Shown here: one piece after another, positions 1 through 11,740 of the stretch
Position numbering within the stretch: the first letter of the stretch is position 1
How the letters are laid out: every line of letters begins with the position of its first letter
Position numbers and translations under genes: made by a program
The notes under the pieces: model-generated
What the model was told of the DNA's origin: nothing
The model's input: the letters and a program-made list of their open reading frames with translations, nothing else
Database searches by the model: none
DNA from: Acanthaster planci
Lineage: Eukaryota
Assembly: GCF_001949145.1 (NCBI RefSeq)
Contig: NW_019091360.1
Coordinates: forward strand, 1,857,599-1,921,598
DNA: 64,000 bases
Direction: 5' to 3'

Positions 1-77
1 TGCGGCGGGTTTGGAACAATAATCTCCAGCAACCTCACCCAACTACGAAAGCCCACCAGTGCCATGTAGTGTACCTT

Positions 78-232
78 TTTTCAAATTTGTTTTTACAAGA
101 TTTTTTTTGCCAATTTGTTTTTGCGATATATATTTTTCCCAGTTGTTTTTCGAGATATATTTTGCTCATTTTGTTTTTTCGAGATATATTTTCCCAATTC
201 TTTTTCCATTTTTGTTTTTAACTCTCGAAAAC
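78..232 (-). repeat. Left subterminal tandem array (~30-bp degenerate unit, TTTGTTTTTTCGAGATATATTTTCCC-like)
   Basis: About five degenerate units, in inverted orientation relative to the right array. Confidence 0.8.
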
Positions 233-639
233 AACGTGAGACATTATTTTTACCATGCAGTGCGATTGCCGGGTGAGATTGGTCTTGTTGTTTGTTTGTT
301 CATTTATTTTGTTTTTCCACCCTTTTCCAAAATCCATCCGGGATAATTTGTGATCCTTTTCACTCGCACGTGCACGGAAGCGAGCCATGGTTCAGTAGTG
401 TACACTGCCGCTTTCATGGGATGCACGCTTTTGAAGAGTTTACAAGCAGAAACATACTCGGGTCGTGAGCCCTAGAAGTTTCCGATGTAATTGACGTTTA
501 CTGATGACAGTATTATGATTGAACAACAACGAAGCTATGACTTCATCGTAACTTAATCCTATATTGAAATAGAAATGAACAAGTTCTTCGTGAAGCATGG
601 CTCTCATATGCGACTATACACCTCCCAAGAACCAATGTG

Positions 640-1290
640 AAAAAAACAATATATCTTGAAAAAACAAAGTGGGAGAATGTATTTCGAAAAAACCAAATGG
701 GAAAAAAACTCGCAAAAACAAAATTTGAAAAATATATCTCGAAAAAACAAAATTTGAAAAATATTTCTCAAAAAAAAAACAAATTGGGAAAATATATCTC
801 GAATAAACAAAATGGAATATATATCTCGAAAAACAAACCGAGAAAAATATATCTCGAAAAAACAAACTGGGAAAATATATCTCGTAAAAACGAATGTTTC
901 CAAAAATAGTAACGTTGTTTCTTAAAATAGATTCAACAAACCAAACTTCCAAAAATTATCTCTTAAAAACGAACTTGGAAAAATATGTCGCGAAAAAACA
1001 AAATGGAAAATATATCTCGAAAAACAAACCGAGAAAAATATATCTCGAAAAAACAAACTGGGAAAATATATCTCGTAAAAACGAATGTTTCCAAAAATAG
1101 TAACGTTGTTTCTTAAAATAGATTCAACAAACCAAACTTCCAAAAAAATATCTCTTAAAAACGAACTTGGAAAAATATATCGCGAAAAAACAAAATGGAA
1201 AATAAGTCTCGAAAAAACTAACTGGGAAAAATATATCTCAAATAAACAAACTGGCAAAAGTATATATCTCGTAAAAACGAAGTTGAGAAA
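640..1290 (+). repeat. Right subterminal tandem array (~30-bp unit GAAAAATATATCTCGAAAAAACAAA-like) with a 191-bp higher-order duplication
   Basis: Many degenerate units. The block at ~806-996 recurs at ~997-1188; near-identical pseudo-ORF starts at 894 and 1085 are 191 bp apart. Confidence 0.85.
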
Positions 1291-1827
1291 ATGTACACTA
1301 CATGGCACTAGTGGGCTTTCGTACACAACCAGGTCAGCTCTTTAAACACAAAACTGAAACGTTGAATTCAACAGAGTCTCCATGCACGGCACGTAAGCCC
1401 TGTACATCTGGGTACAGTCCACTAATTCAAGCCCCACTGAAAACAGTGTAAAATCAGCACTGTTCAGGGCCCAANTAATTATTCCCACAAAGCAAAATCA
1501 CCCCTCAAAAGTGATTTTTCCGAAGTCTGATTGCAGCCATTTTTTCAAGTGGCAACCCTCAACTTTCTCGAGCACTTAGGACCATTTTTCAACCGTGGTT
1601 TTTAGCCGTTCTGCTCTCATTTGAAAGCTCAAAGACCCAGGGAGTTGATCCTGGCAAGGATTTACACAATCTCACCATTTTGGGGGCCAAGCAATCTCCT
1701 TTTCCAAAAGATACTGCGGGGCACTTTTAATGCTAATGAGCTGGCCAGAAACTCTCCCTTGAATTGGTGGTCTGCACCCATCTATCACGTTTGTCCCGCT
1801 TTACCCTCCAGTATGTTAACAACAATA

Positions 1828-1881
1828 GGGGGGCGTAGATCGGCGAGGGGCGGGGTGTAGAATGAACGGTGAGGGGGCGGG
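1828..1881 (+). promoter_or_regulatory. GC-box cluster (Sp/KLF-type sites)
   Basis: GGGGCGGGG at 1847-1855, GGGGGCGGG at 1873-1881 and GGGGGGCGT from 1828, about 1.7 kb upstream of the exon 1 ATG. Confidence 0.35.
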
Positions 1882-2759
1882 TATGTAGATGACCAATTTG
1901 TTTTTTTCCATTTCGTTTGCTCGCAGCTGCCGTTAGTAATCTGTTCGACCTTGGTGGTAAAGTATTATGCGTGCACAATAAACTTTCCTTTCCCCCCCCC
2001 CATCACCCTACCCACACCCGGAATAACAAAGCACTACCAGTATTTTGTGGTACCGAAGTCATATCGGCATGAAATGAGTTATAATTATTTTCAGAAATGG
2101 TGCATTATATGACCACAATCAAAGAATCTGTGTATAGATCTGTGGTCAGTGCAGGCATCACGCGGAAGACATTCGCAAAGTAAGTTGTGGTGATTAAGCT
2201 TTTTGCGTGGGGTCAGCTGTGACGTACGAATTTTTTACCCCCAAAAAACAAAGCAATGAAATGAAATAGTCCGTTGGATTGGGGGTCAGTAAACACAGAT
2301 TTAGTCACTGCAGTTCGATAATTTACACTCAAAGATTGCATTCAACGATTCTGAAATCGAATCAAGCACTTTTCATAGACAGAAAATGTGCCAGTGAGGA
2401 TTACAATGGCTTGTTATGATTTTCCCTTTCTCGCGTAAAATGTTGCTTAAGATATTAAAAATGGTGGAGACGCGCAGCGCTTGCGCAGACATCGTAAACG
2501 TTGTTGCCGACTGTTGACCTATGCGGTGGTCCCAATGTTCCCCCCACACACACATGCACACGCAATTGTTGAAGCCCGCCCTCTCGTGCGAGCGAATGTT
2601 CTTAACTCTGAGCTGACAGTGGTGGTGTGGAAACTTTCAGTTTACTGGGCATTACGAGTTTTCTGGCAAATTGCGATAAACCAGCCCCATAGATTTTACT
2701 GTTACAAAAAAGCCTGGCATATTTTTGACTTATGAGGAAATCTGACACGTTTCATTTCT

Positions 2760-3530
2760 TATGCCATGCCTCGAGGTTTTGCAGCGGGTGCGAATTCCGT
2801 GCTTTTTGAGCTGCAGTTGCCCGATGCAATAAAAATGTCGAGATATTATTCGCCGGACCTATATTTATTGAGAGGGTGTCTTTATTGCCTCGCTTTGGCA
2901 ACACGTCCTGCTACTTGTCAGGGAGGGCTTTTTTTTGCCCGGTCTACCGGAGGGTGGCGAGCCCGTTGATAGATCTGCGGGGGAGCGGCGCTTCAAAGCA
3001 CAAAGGGCTGTAATTATACGCACTGGTGGGAGGAGCTAGTCATTCCAATGTCTCCGCTCCTAGCAATCACCCGGTGAATTATTCTAGCAGGACCTGACTG
3101 CTTTCTTGGGCTGTAGGTGAGCCAAGGTAGGCGGTAAAGGGTGCACCGTCCACTGACTCTTGCCGTCACGGTAGGCTGCCTCCTGGGTCCGCAGGGCTTG
3201 TTCCGGGCTTTGCACCTCCGTACCGTCCGTTCGTCTGTCTGCCGTTACTGTGCACAAGGCCCTCTCGCCTGCCGCTCAAATGAGGGTGCACTGCTGGTTT
3301 CACCGTACGCTAAGACGCTGTCTCAACCGTGCATGCACCACGCCAGCACCGCCTCTGTTCCAAGCTCCAGCCTGCTCGCTCCAAGCAGTGCCATATAAGC
3401 CCATTTTCCTTTATCCTAGCGGACACTTATTTACCACCGTAGACCCACAACAAAGGAAGATCCAAACTTCTTCGCGGCTCAAAGATCCTCGAGACTGCTT
3501 GTGATCGATGTTGATTTGTTTCTCCTGGAC
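2760..3530 (+). promoter_or_regulatory. Putative distal promoter and 5' UTR of Sp6-9
   Basis: GC/CpG-richer stretch immediately upstream of the coding micro-exon, with TATA-like CATATAAG at 3392-3399. The TSS cannot be determined from sequence alone. Confidence 0.45.
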
Positions 3531-3534
3531 ATGA
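3508..3534 (+). other. Upstream ORF (MLICFSWT*) whose TGA overlaps the main start codon (ATGA, 3531-3534)
   Basis: ATG TTG ATT TGT TTC TCC TGG ACA TGA read directly; out of frame with the Sp6-9 CDS. Whether it is translated is unknown. Confidence 0.5.
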
Positions 3535-3551
3535 CCTCTTCTCTGTTTGGG
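3531..3551 (+). CDS. Sp6-9: Sp6-9 (Sp8/Sp9-like) coding exon 1, MTSSLFG
   Basis: ATG ACC TCT TCT CTG TTT GGG followed by consensus donor GTAAGT (3552-3557), phase 0. Matches the 7-aa first coding exon of vertebrate SP8 (MATSLLG) and SP9 (MATSILG) and joins exon 2 in frame. Confidence 0.85.
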
Positions 3552-6500
3552 GTAAGTCCCTCTCTCGTTATCTGTTTCAATTTTCAGCACATAAACGTTC
3601 TGCGTTGTGACAAACTTTTCGCCTGATTTAACACGACGAATGGGCCTGCCTGCCCACCGTCTTCAACCGTATTTTCACCAGGCATTGCCGGGGGCGCGAA
3701 CTGTGCGTGTTACGAGCCCGAAGAGGGTGCGTAGCTTTTCTAAGCGTGTCCTAACACACCACAGACGTGAAACTTGCCACACTGTGGCAACTCTGTGTTC
3801 TTGTCTCCACATTTTCTTTTGCCCTGGAATGTAGGTTTTATCGCAGACGGGCGTGTTCCTATAAGTGAAAAGTAGAAAAAGGCTGAATTTATTTGCACGC
3901 GATTCCAATATGTCTGTAAAGCCTTGATCGCAAGGTCGAGATCGCACTTAGCATGCACCGGGCCGCGGCCTCTCCGCCGCGACGGCTTTGATGCCAATTT
4001 GAACGGTGACAGCCAAGCAAGGCAACCGTCTTTAGGCTGCGATCTACGGCAGCACCGCTGTCTCCTCGCTGGCCATGAACCGACACATTGAACTCGTTTG
4101 GCAGTGTTTATATCCCCCTCACGCGTGCTCTGAAGCTCTTAAACAGATGTCCTGAGATGTTTCGGTAATCTGGCCGGCTCGTAAATTTCGATTTCATTCC
4201 AGCCTTTGTTAATCGCGGCTTTGTTTCCGATACATGGACGTGAGCGTTTTTACTGGCATATTTTTGTTGGAAAATTGAATTATTTTTCTGCGGCACCGTC
4301 AAAGGTGATCAAAGCCGCGGTCTCGACGCTGAAACAAACGTCGGTTTGATTCAATTCCACCACATCACAATCGGTAATTAGCAAAGAAATTGGATTAATG
4401 TGGAAAGTCCTCTGAAAAAAAAACATTTTCCCGTTAACCTTTGCTGTCAGAAAGGCACCGCCTAACGTCCCATTGACGTGAAGCAGCGTCAATTTGCAAA
4501 GAACTTTTTTTCAAGGGGAAGGTTGCAAAAGAGATTCAGCCAGTATCGGGCCAGTTCCTTTTTTTGGCCAAAATCGGGAATCGCAATCCACGCTTGTTAC
4601 ACTGCCAGTCTTCACTCACAGCCAAGTCGAGTGTTCCAGATCAATGACGCTGATCGTACCCACTTGTATACCGTTCACCCGCTACATGGTGAGAGAGATT
4701 CCGAGCGATTTGTTGTAACTATCTTGCCTTCTCTGCCCAGATCGGGCCATGCGAAATTTCACGGTTATTTTTTCAGGCAAAGGCCGCCTTGCGTTGCTCA
4801 AACGATTATTCTCCGAAAACATTAATAACTTGTCATTGGACAAGGTGCAAACATCTGCGAAATGTCGTGAATATTTAGCCAGTTTAAACAAACACAATTA
4901 TTTTGAGGTCATTGTGAGACATGGTCAACGCTGAATAAAGGAAAACGACGTGAATTGTGTCTGTATTCAATCTGCTAATAATAATCCCAAATTATTCGGC
5001 TTAAATTTGTGCTTGGTCAATTTGTACTTTAAACCGAGTTTTTTCCCTGGAAATGTATCCTCTTTCCCTCTTTCAAGTGTCATTCGTGCCAATCGACTGC
5101 CCTTAACAGAGCAATCATGTCGGTCTGTAAGGTTATTTATTAATAAAATAATTTGTGGCCCGCACCAGATACCCTAGATGTTGGAAGAGACACCGTTCTC
5201 TGTGGGATGGCATTGTAATTAACCGTCATCAACCTTCCTGCAGACTTGTTTGCGCGGACTTTGTTGGCATGCAAAGACATCATGAGCAGGTGGGATTGAC
5301 CTTGAGCACGATCTAACTACCGTCAGGGATGACTCTCCCGAACACCGCAACCCTCCCTCCCCCAAGAAACCCCCAAAGTGGACTCGCTATCGGCTCCGTA
5401 ATTCAGTGCACTCAATCACGTTCTCACGTTGAAGCTTACAAAATGAAGGTACTGGTTGAAATTAGGGGCATTTAACGCGAAAAAGAAAAGTTGGGCTTGT
5501 AGCTAAAGAATAATAAATAAATAAAAATCACTATTTTGTTTAGTTGCGTAGACCTACCCATTGTATTTAACTTTTGTGTCTCTTTGCGAAAATGCGCGGA
5601 TGGGGAAGGCAGGATTTTTCCCATGATTAATAGTGAATGCAACATGCTAGTGCTTTTGGATGGAGTTTGAGGATTCGTCCTTGTTCTTTGTCGAAATCAT
5701 CAAAGGAAGGATTTGGAACGCCTTTATGGTAAACACGCGAAAATATGAAGTTTTTTCTTGTCATTACCTGATTGTTAAGTGCCACGCGATGGCCATGTTT
5801 CATTCCCGCTGCTGTTGGTTCCAGATTCAGGCGCTTAAATGTACGCCGAGTCGTCTGCGGGGATTGGGTTGTGTCATAACCTTGCGCCTTCCCCGGCGCA
5901 TTGACCGTAGTCACGCCGTGCTGAACCCGGCCGCCATGATCCTTTGGCTCAGCATCGACAACTCGCTGCTTTTTGGGGGGGGGCTGGCCCGAAGTTGATC
6001 TTTAGGGGTAAATGTTTGGGATTCAGCATCGTGATTCAGGTGTAGCCGTGTGAAGGAAGGAACTGTCCTATTACAGTTGCCCGTTATCTATGATGACGTA
6101 GAGGAAAACCGAACTTGGAAAAGGTGGTGAACTAGCTAAGAGTAGGCCTAACTTGGAAACTCAAGAACTGAACTATACCCGTAGTCTCATGGCGCACACG
6201 ACTTGCATATCATTAAGTATTCTTCGTAGCTTGTCTTGTGTCTGTTGAAGTAATCATTTTGCAGATAAGAATAATACTCTGGCTGTTTACTTTGTGATTA
6301 TAGTTACTTCATTTATGCTCTCGCAATTTGAGTCGTGTGAAGCAATCGTGGGGAGAAAAATGAGCCCATGATGAAACTTCACACTGATATTAACATTCAG
6401 CATACTCAGCAGCGGCATAAAACTTCTAAGCGCATCCATTGCCCTCCTGCTGATGCGGATTCGGGTTCGGAATGAACAAACGAAGGATGGGAGTATGAAC

Positions 6501-9500
6501 ATTAAATATTCATTGTGAATTTTCCCCAGTATGTTTGTTCAAGGTCATCTCGCTAACATAATAAGCACTTCGGTGCATGTCAAGGCTCATTTTCGACGGT
6601 AGCTAAAAATGGAAACTGTTGCTTTCAGTAATGCGCAGACTCGGCATCTTGGACTCACTGGGTACTCACCCAGCGTCACGATGTTGCTTCCGTGTTCCGA
6701 TGTCGCCACATCTTATCGCAGGCAATTACATAACCTACTAATAAAATCAAGCCTGACATTTCTTGGCGATGTCAGTGAGTTCGCGCGTGAACCTGACCGC
6801 GAGCCATAGCTCTTCAGCGATATCAGAATGGACGTGTTATGTGTAATTCATGCAGCGCCGCTACCATCACACCTAGGGAAAAAAACACCCGGAATCGTTC
6901 GGCTGACGTGTCACCAGACCACGCGGATTGTTTGGATCCTCGAGACGAGTTCGAATCCACAGACATGCATAATCTCAGTCGCAAATTGAAATCAATCTTG
7001 TATCTGTGGGGATGAACTGTACCGGGTACATTTGCTCAATGATGAATAAAAGAAAATTAGAATAGGGATAATGTGCGGTGCCAAATCGCCCCAGAGCGAA
7101 TGTTTGGCTACTTACACGTTTAAAATGTCCGTTCATTTTTTTCTCTCTCTGATTTGAAAAAAAAAGAAATGGCGTGCTTGAATCATCGTAATAACGAAAC
7201 CAAACAAAAACTGCAACTCTGTGGGAACTCCTCAGGGAAGAAATTTATGCACAATTTAGATAGTGGCCTTAGATCGAGCCACTGTTGGTTTGTGGAGCAA
7301 TGTTTCAAAATACTAAACGACATCTTTCTTTCACCGAATAAAGTGATATGCACTGGTGGTGTGACTCATACAGTAGTGAGACATATAAGAAACGTCAGAT
7401 TTATGACATGTGTGTTTCAAGTTGACATTTGAATCTCACAGAAAATCGAAACGATGCGGTACATTAAATAATGTTCCAGATCTCTTACATTATTCTTCGC
7501 CAAAATACCGAAAGTAAAAACAAAACTAATTCATTCTTCTGAAAGCAACCGTCGTAATTAAAAAAAAAGAGAGAAGTTGTGCGAGCTTAGTGGAGTGGCG
7601 GTTGGAGACATTGAGTGGGACGAGTTGAGTTTGGGTCGTGTGAACAACATCGGCTGCATGGAGAGAGCTAAACCCCCGTGAATCTTTAGGCCACAGTTAG
7701 AGACTCGTCTCGCGAGCCACGACCCCGTGCACAAGACTATACCTATTTTCCCCCTATGCTTTCTGTCCTCGCGCAGCGATTTCCTTTCTCAAGATTCGGT
7801 TCAAAATATAAATTTTCAGAGACGACACAGAAAACTCCTAATCCCTATCAGCAAAACCTGGGGGTCGGCCGACAATGGCATCTTTTCTGCTGCAATGAAC
7901 ACGCGACCGAGTTGTGTTCAGTGCCCATGGTTTCCCCCCGTCTTGATCTGGGGTTTATGTCCGTCTGTGACCCGTGTGATTCCCTTCTCGTATAAGGCAT
8001 CGGAGCTCGGCGGGACAGTTTTTGTCTGGACGTCAGAGCGGGGCGTTTTGTTCCAGATCTTCCTATCCGTTGTCTTACCCGGGACAGGGCGGTTCTGATG
8101 TCGGATTACTGTCTTCAAGTGCCACTCAAACCGCAGAGTTTACTTTTCTCCTTCTCAATATGGATTGAGGGGGGGGGCTCGGCGATTTTTTTTTCAGGCT
8201 GTGATGAGCAAGCCGTAAGTAATAACAGGAAAAGCGGAGCGGTGTATCGCCGCCTTTTTTGTGGTCCGCGGGGGGAGGTTAGAACACTCATTGGGCTTTG
8301 TCAGGCGGCTTGGATGATGCTTTTTTACGTAGGCAGCCATGTGGAAGTGAAAGAGGGATTTCGAAGGCTTTCTGTCGATCTCTTCTGGCTGTGACTGATG
8401 TCAGTGTCTTTTGCTGGTGATAGGTTAAGGACCCGTTTGACGTGGGGGCAGTGTGTGTTTTTGTTTCTAGGGGTATTCTTTGGGGCCCCAGCCCATCAAA
8501 AGAGCCAATCAGTCCCCCCGTTCACGCCTCACTTGGTCGGCATAAACGCCGGCGATCGCGGCTGAATGGCCTGTGATCAATAAGAGCCGCCTGCTAACTT
8601 GTGCGAAAGTGTTACCATTCGCGGGGAAGTTGTGACCCGTCCACCGCTCAATACAGCCCGGCCCACTGTTCACCATAGCGGGCCTACAGGCCGTCACTGT
8701 CCTAGCAAAGCCCCGATTTTTATGTCTATTCGACTGTTTCTTTTCTCTCTCTCTCTCTCTCCGGTGATAACGCTCAGTGCACGCTTCGCTTGACCAGCCC
8801 GTAATCGACTCCCCTTGCTAGAAAAAAAAAAAAACAAGAAAGAAAAACGAAAAGAAAAAAGAGGGAAGTTGTCAGGGGAAATAAATGACAACTGTGTTGC
8901 CGTGTTTGTACAGTTGCCGTTTCTGTTATCATCACACCGATGTGATAAGGGGAAAGTATAGAGGGGCTTTCTGGGGGCTCATTGTAAACGCAGAGAGAGG
9001 AGTAGTCGTAGATAAAACACTTGACGGAATATGGTGCCTGGTGTCGTATAGCTATATCGACAACCGGCCAGACAGTAGTGAGTGCTTCGAGCGTGCCATA
9101 TCAATACCGGCCAATATTGATCCTTGCCCGTCACAGGCGCGTGCAGGAGCCCGCTCGATGTCTCCTTTCCCCTCCTCGCAACACCGTCTCATTATCTGTG
9201 CCCACCGTTCGCTGAGGAAGAAAAAAACACACACCCTCTTGTCGACAATGATTTAATTACAAAAGCACACTCGGCTGTATATAAACAGCTGTAGATTGCA
9301 GAATCAACACTTGGCCCCCTAATCAGTCAATTTTAATGGAGAGGTAGTCGGATGAGAGAGAGAGTTTTTGGTGGCAGGATGGCCCGAGTGATGTTGCCCG
9401 TCTCGTCTCAGTTATACCGAGCTTCCCTCCTTTTTTTCCCCGTCTCGTCAATACTTCACACCCAGCCTGTTGCGTCCCAGAAGGCCGCGCAGACCATTAG

Positions 9501-11697
9501 AGGTGACATCATTCTTCCCTGAGCAAATAGATCCGACGACCGGAGGAGACGGATTTTCGATCGGGGGATACCGGGACGAGGGGGAGAAGAACGCGGCCGG
9601 CATCCGTGAAGCGCTCCCCTCTTGTCATTTTGACGAGAGACCCCGTATCTTTGACATCGTCGTGCGCTCGTGATGCAGGCCCGTGTCATGTCTTTTTATT
9701 AACAAACCTTGCAAGACACAAAACCAACACGTTGTAACGCCGCCCCGTTATGTTTGCTGAGGACTTTACTGTCGGCCCACCGTGCCGAAGAAACGATGCC
9801 TTTTAGGCTACGAGCGCCAACAAGAGGGGGGGCAGCGATCCTTCAGGTCGCGTGTCATTCACCCTGCCGGTGATCGAGTTATGCTGTGACATGAATAATA
9901 TATGCACGGATACCTTCCGCGCTTTTTTTTTACTTGCATACGTAGCATATTCGCCTCAAGATGGAATAGATTATACTTAAATGAGCAATCACACGAAGAA
10001 GAAAAGGAGCTTGGGGGGGGGGGAGTTGTCGACGCCGTTCGGAGACCAGACAGAGGAAAAGAATGTTCAGCAGTCAGATGTTGTAATCAGGAACATTCGA
10101 TGACCCGGATGCATGGGTCGGACATGTGGGCTCGGTTGGTATTATGTATCTCCCCCTGTCTGAGACGAGGCTGTTTCGCTACCAGGCGAGAATGTGTACG
10201 GGGGTGTTCCGAGTTTACATGTATGTAGGTGAACCTGAAGCCTTCCCTCACGGGCAGATGCACCATTTGGTCCCCCCTGTATATGTCCTACCTGCGGCAT
10301 AAGGAACAGGTCACGTGACAGCTTACATTACCGCCTCAAGGGCTCCCAATCTGCCGATTTTTTCATCAACGCAGGGGAAAAAATGGGGAGGGAAAGAAAA
10401 AAAATCAGTCTTTATTGCGCTCCCCCAACAACCCTGCGAGGCCTGTCGTCTTGTAAACATAAAGGCACCAGTCGTATTGCTGCTTTTTTTTCTTTCTTAG
10501 CCCCGTCTGCGTAATCTTGCTTGCTTCTCCGGGGCGGGATGGCTTGAGGCGAGCAGTGACGGGGGCGCCAGGCCCGGGTCCTCGGCATCGTTGTAATGGG
10601 ACCGCTAGTCCCGCTGAAATACACCCACTCGGCCGCCAGCATGACCAGTCGTTCACTGAACCCGGCCCGTCTCTATTCACGGCAGCCGTGCCTCGTCAGC
10701 CTAGCCTACCGGATAAAAAGAAAAAAAAAGTGAGTGAGAAAGAGAGAGAGAGAGTCCCGTCGATTGGGTGAAAAAATGGCCGAGAACTACTTGTATGAAC
10801 GAACTATAGTGCCCGAGGCATCATTGTAACTGCGCTCCCTTACTCAGAATTGATCAGCTACGACCATCAAACCGACCAACCTATCCCGGAATAATCACCA
10901 CACGCGCGCGGGCGCGAAGCTGTCCCGACCCTCGCCTTAGCGGCGGTCTCGTACGGAATGTTTTTCTGCTTAAACCGTCTTCCCCGGGCTCCCCCCTTAT
11001 TTTTATTTTATTTTTTTTCGTATACCCCTCTCCTCGGCTGAGAAGTGGTTGAGTTTTTTATGTTAATCGGGGAAATTAAGAGTACTTTCGGCTCTCGAGA
11101 CTGTGTTTTGGTTGTGGACCGGAGCGAGCAGGTACGGGTGTTGGATGACAGCATTAGGGGAGTCGGTGAGGTGGGCCCGCTGATAGTGATATGGCCGTGA
11201 CATCATTGTCATCATTATCAATAACAGCGGTATTGCAGGAGCGTGACAAGGAGTAATGCTAGGCAAGTCGGTAACCTCCGTTTATATTATCAACCTAACG
11301 AGCAAAAACCGGCCGCGACTTTTTTCGTGTTTCCGAGACAACATCGCTTGACGAAGAAGCGGGACTTTCCTGGTCTTAAAACGACAGAATAAACGACGCT
11401 TGCTGAACGTTCGTTCCCCAAAAGAGCACGCGTGAAAGCAAAAATGTGTCGACTTACATGTAACATTATGAGGAGCGGTCTATTACGTGTTAGCCTCGGC
11501 GAATTTTACGTGTTTTATTGGTCGAAATATAATCCTTTCCCTAGGACCGATATTCTCATTAACGCACGACAACCATACTTTCAGGAGGTATAAATTGACC
11601 AAATATAATTATACTGCGCTGAATAAACTTACAAAGCATAAATGACTCACGGACACTTTTCGTCCTGAATAATTAAGGTGTAGATTTCACCGCGCAT

Positions 11698-11740
11698 TGA
11701 TATATATATATATATTACATATTACATATATATATACATT
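11698..11740. repeat. Degenerate (TA)n / TATTACA microsatellite
   Basis: TATATATATATATATTACATATTACATATATATATACA seen directly. Confidence 0.7.

Larger units (their letters stand above)
44..1323. mobile_element. Non-autonomous foldback/MITE-type DNA transposon with terminal inverted repeats, IS3EU-like ends
   Basis: The left end TACGAAAGCCCACCAGTGCCATGTAGTGTAC (from 44) is the reverse complement of the right end GTACACTACATGGCACTAGTGGGCTTTCGTA (to 1323), with one mismatch. Inverted similarity continues into internal ~30-bp tandem arrays. Flanks are CCCAAC (38-43) and CACAAC (1324-1329), a 5/6 match consistent with a 6-bp TSD. No transposase ORF. Confidence 0.85.

Noticed and set aside
640..1290. 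Repeat array superficially resembling CRISPR
   Set aside because: Degenerate contiguous units with no unique spacers, no cas genes, eukaryotic context, and located inside TIRs.
59..1345. F/K/I-rich ORFs on both strands
   Set aside because: Translations of the transposon's tandem arrays; no protein-like content.
6940..6965. B-box-like GTTCGAATCC (tRNA or SINE head)
   Set aside because: No convincing A box or cloverleaf.
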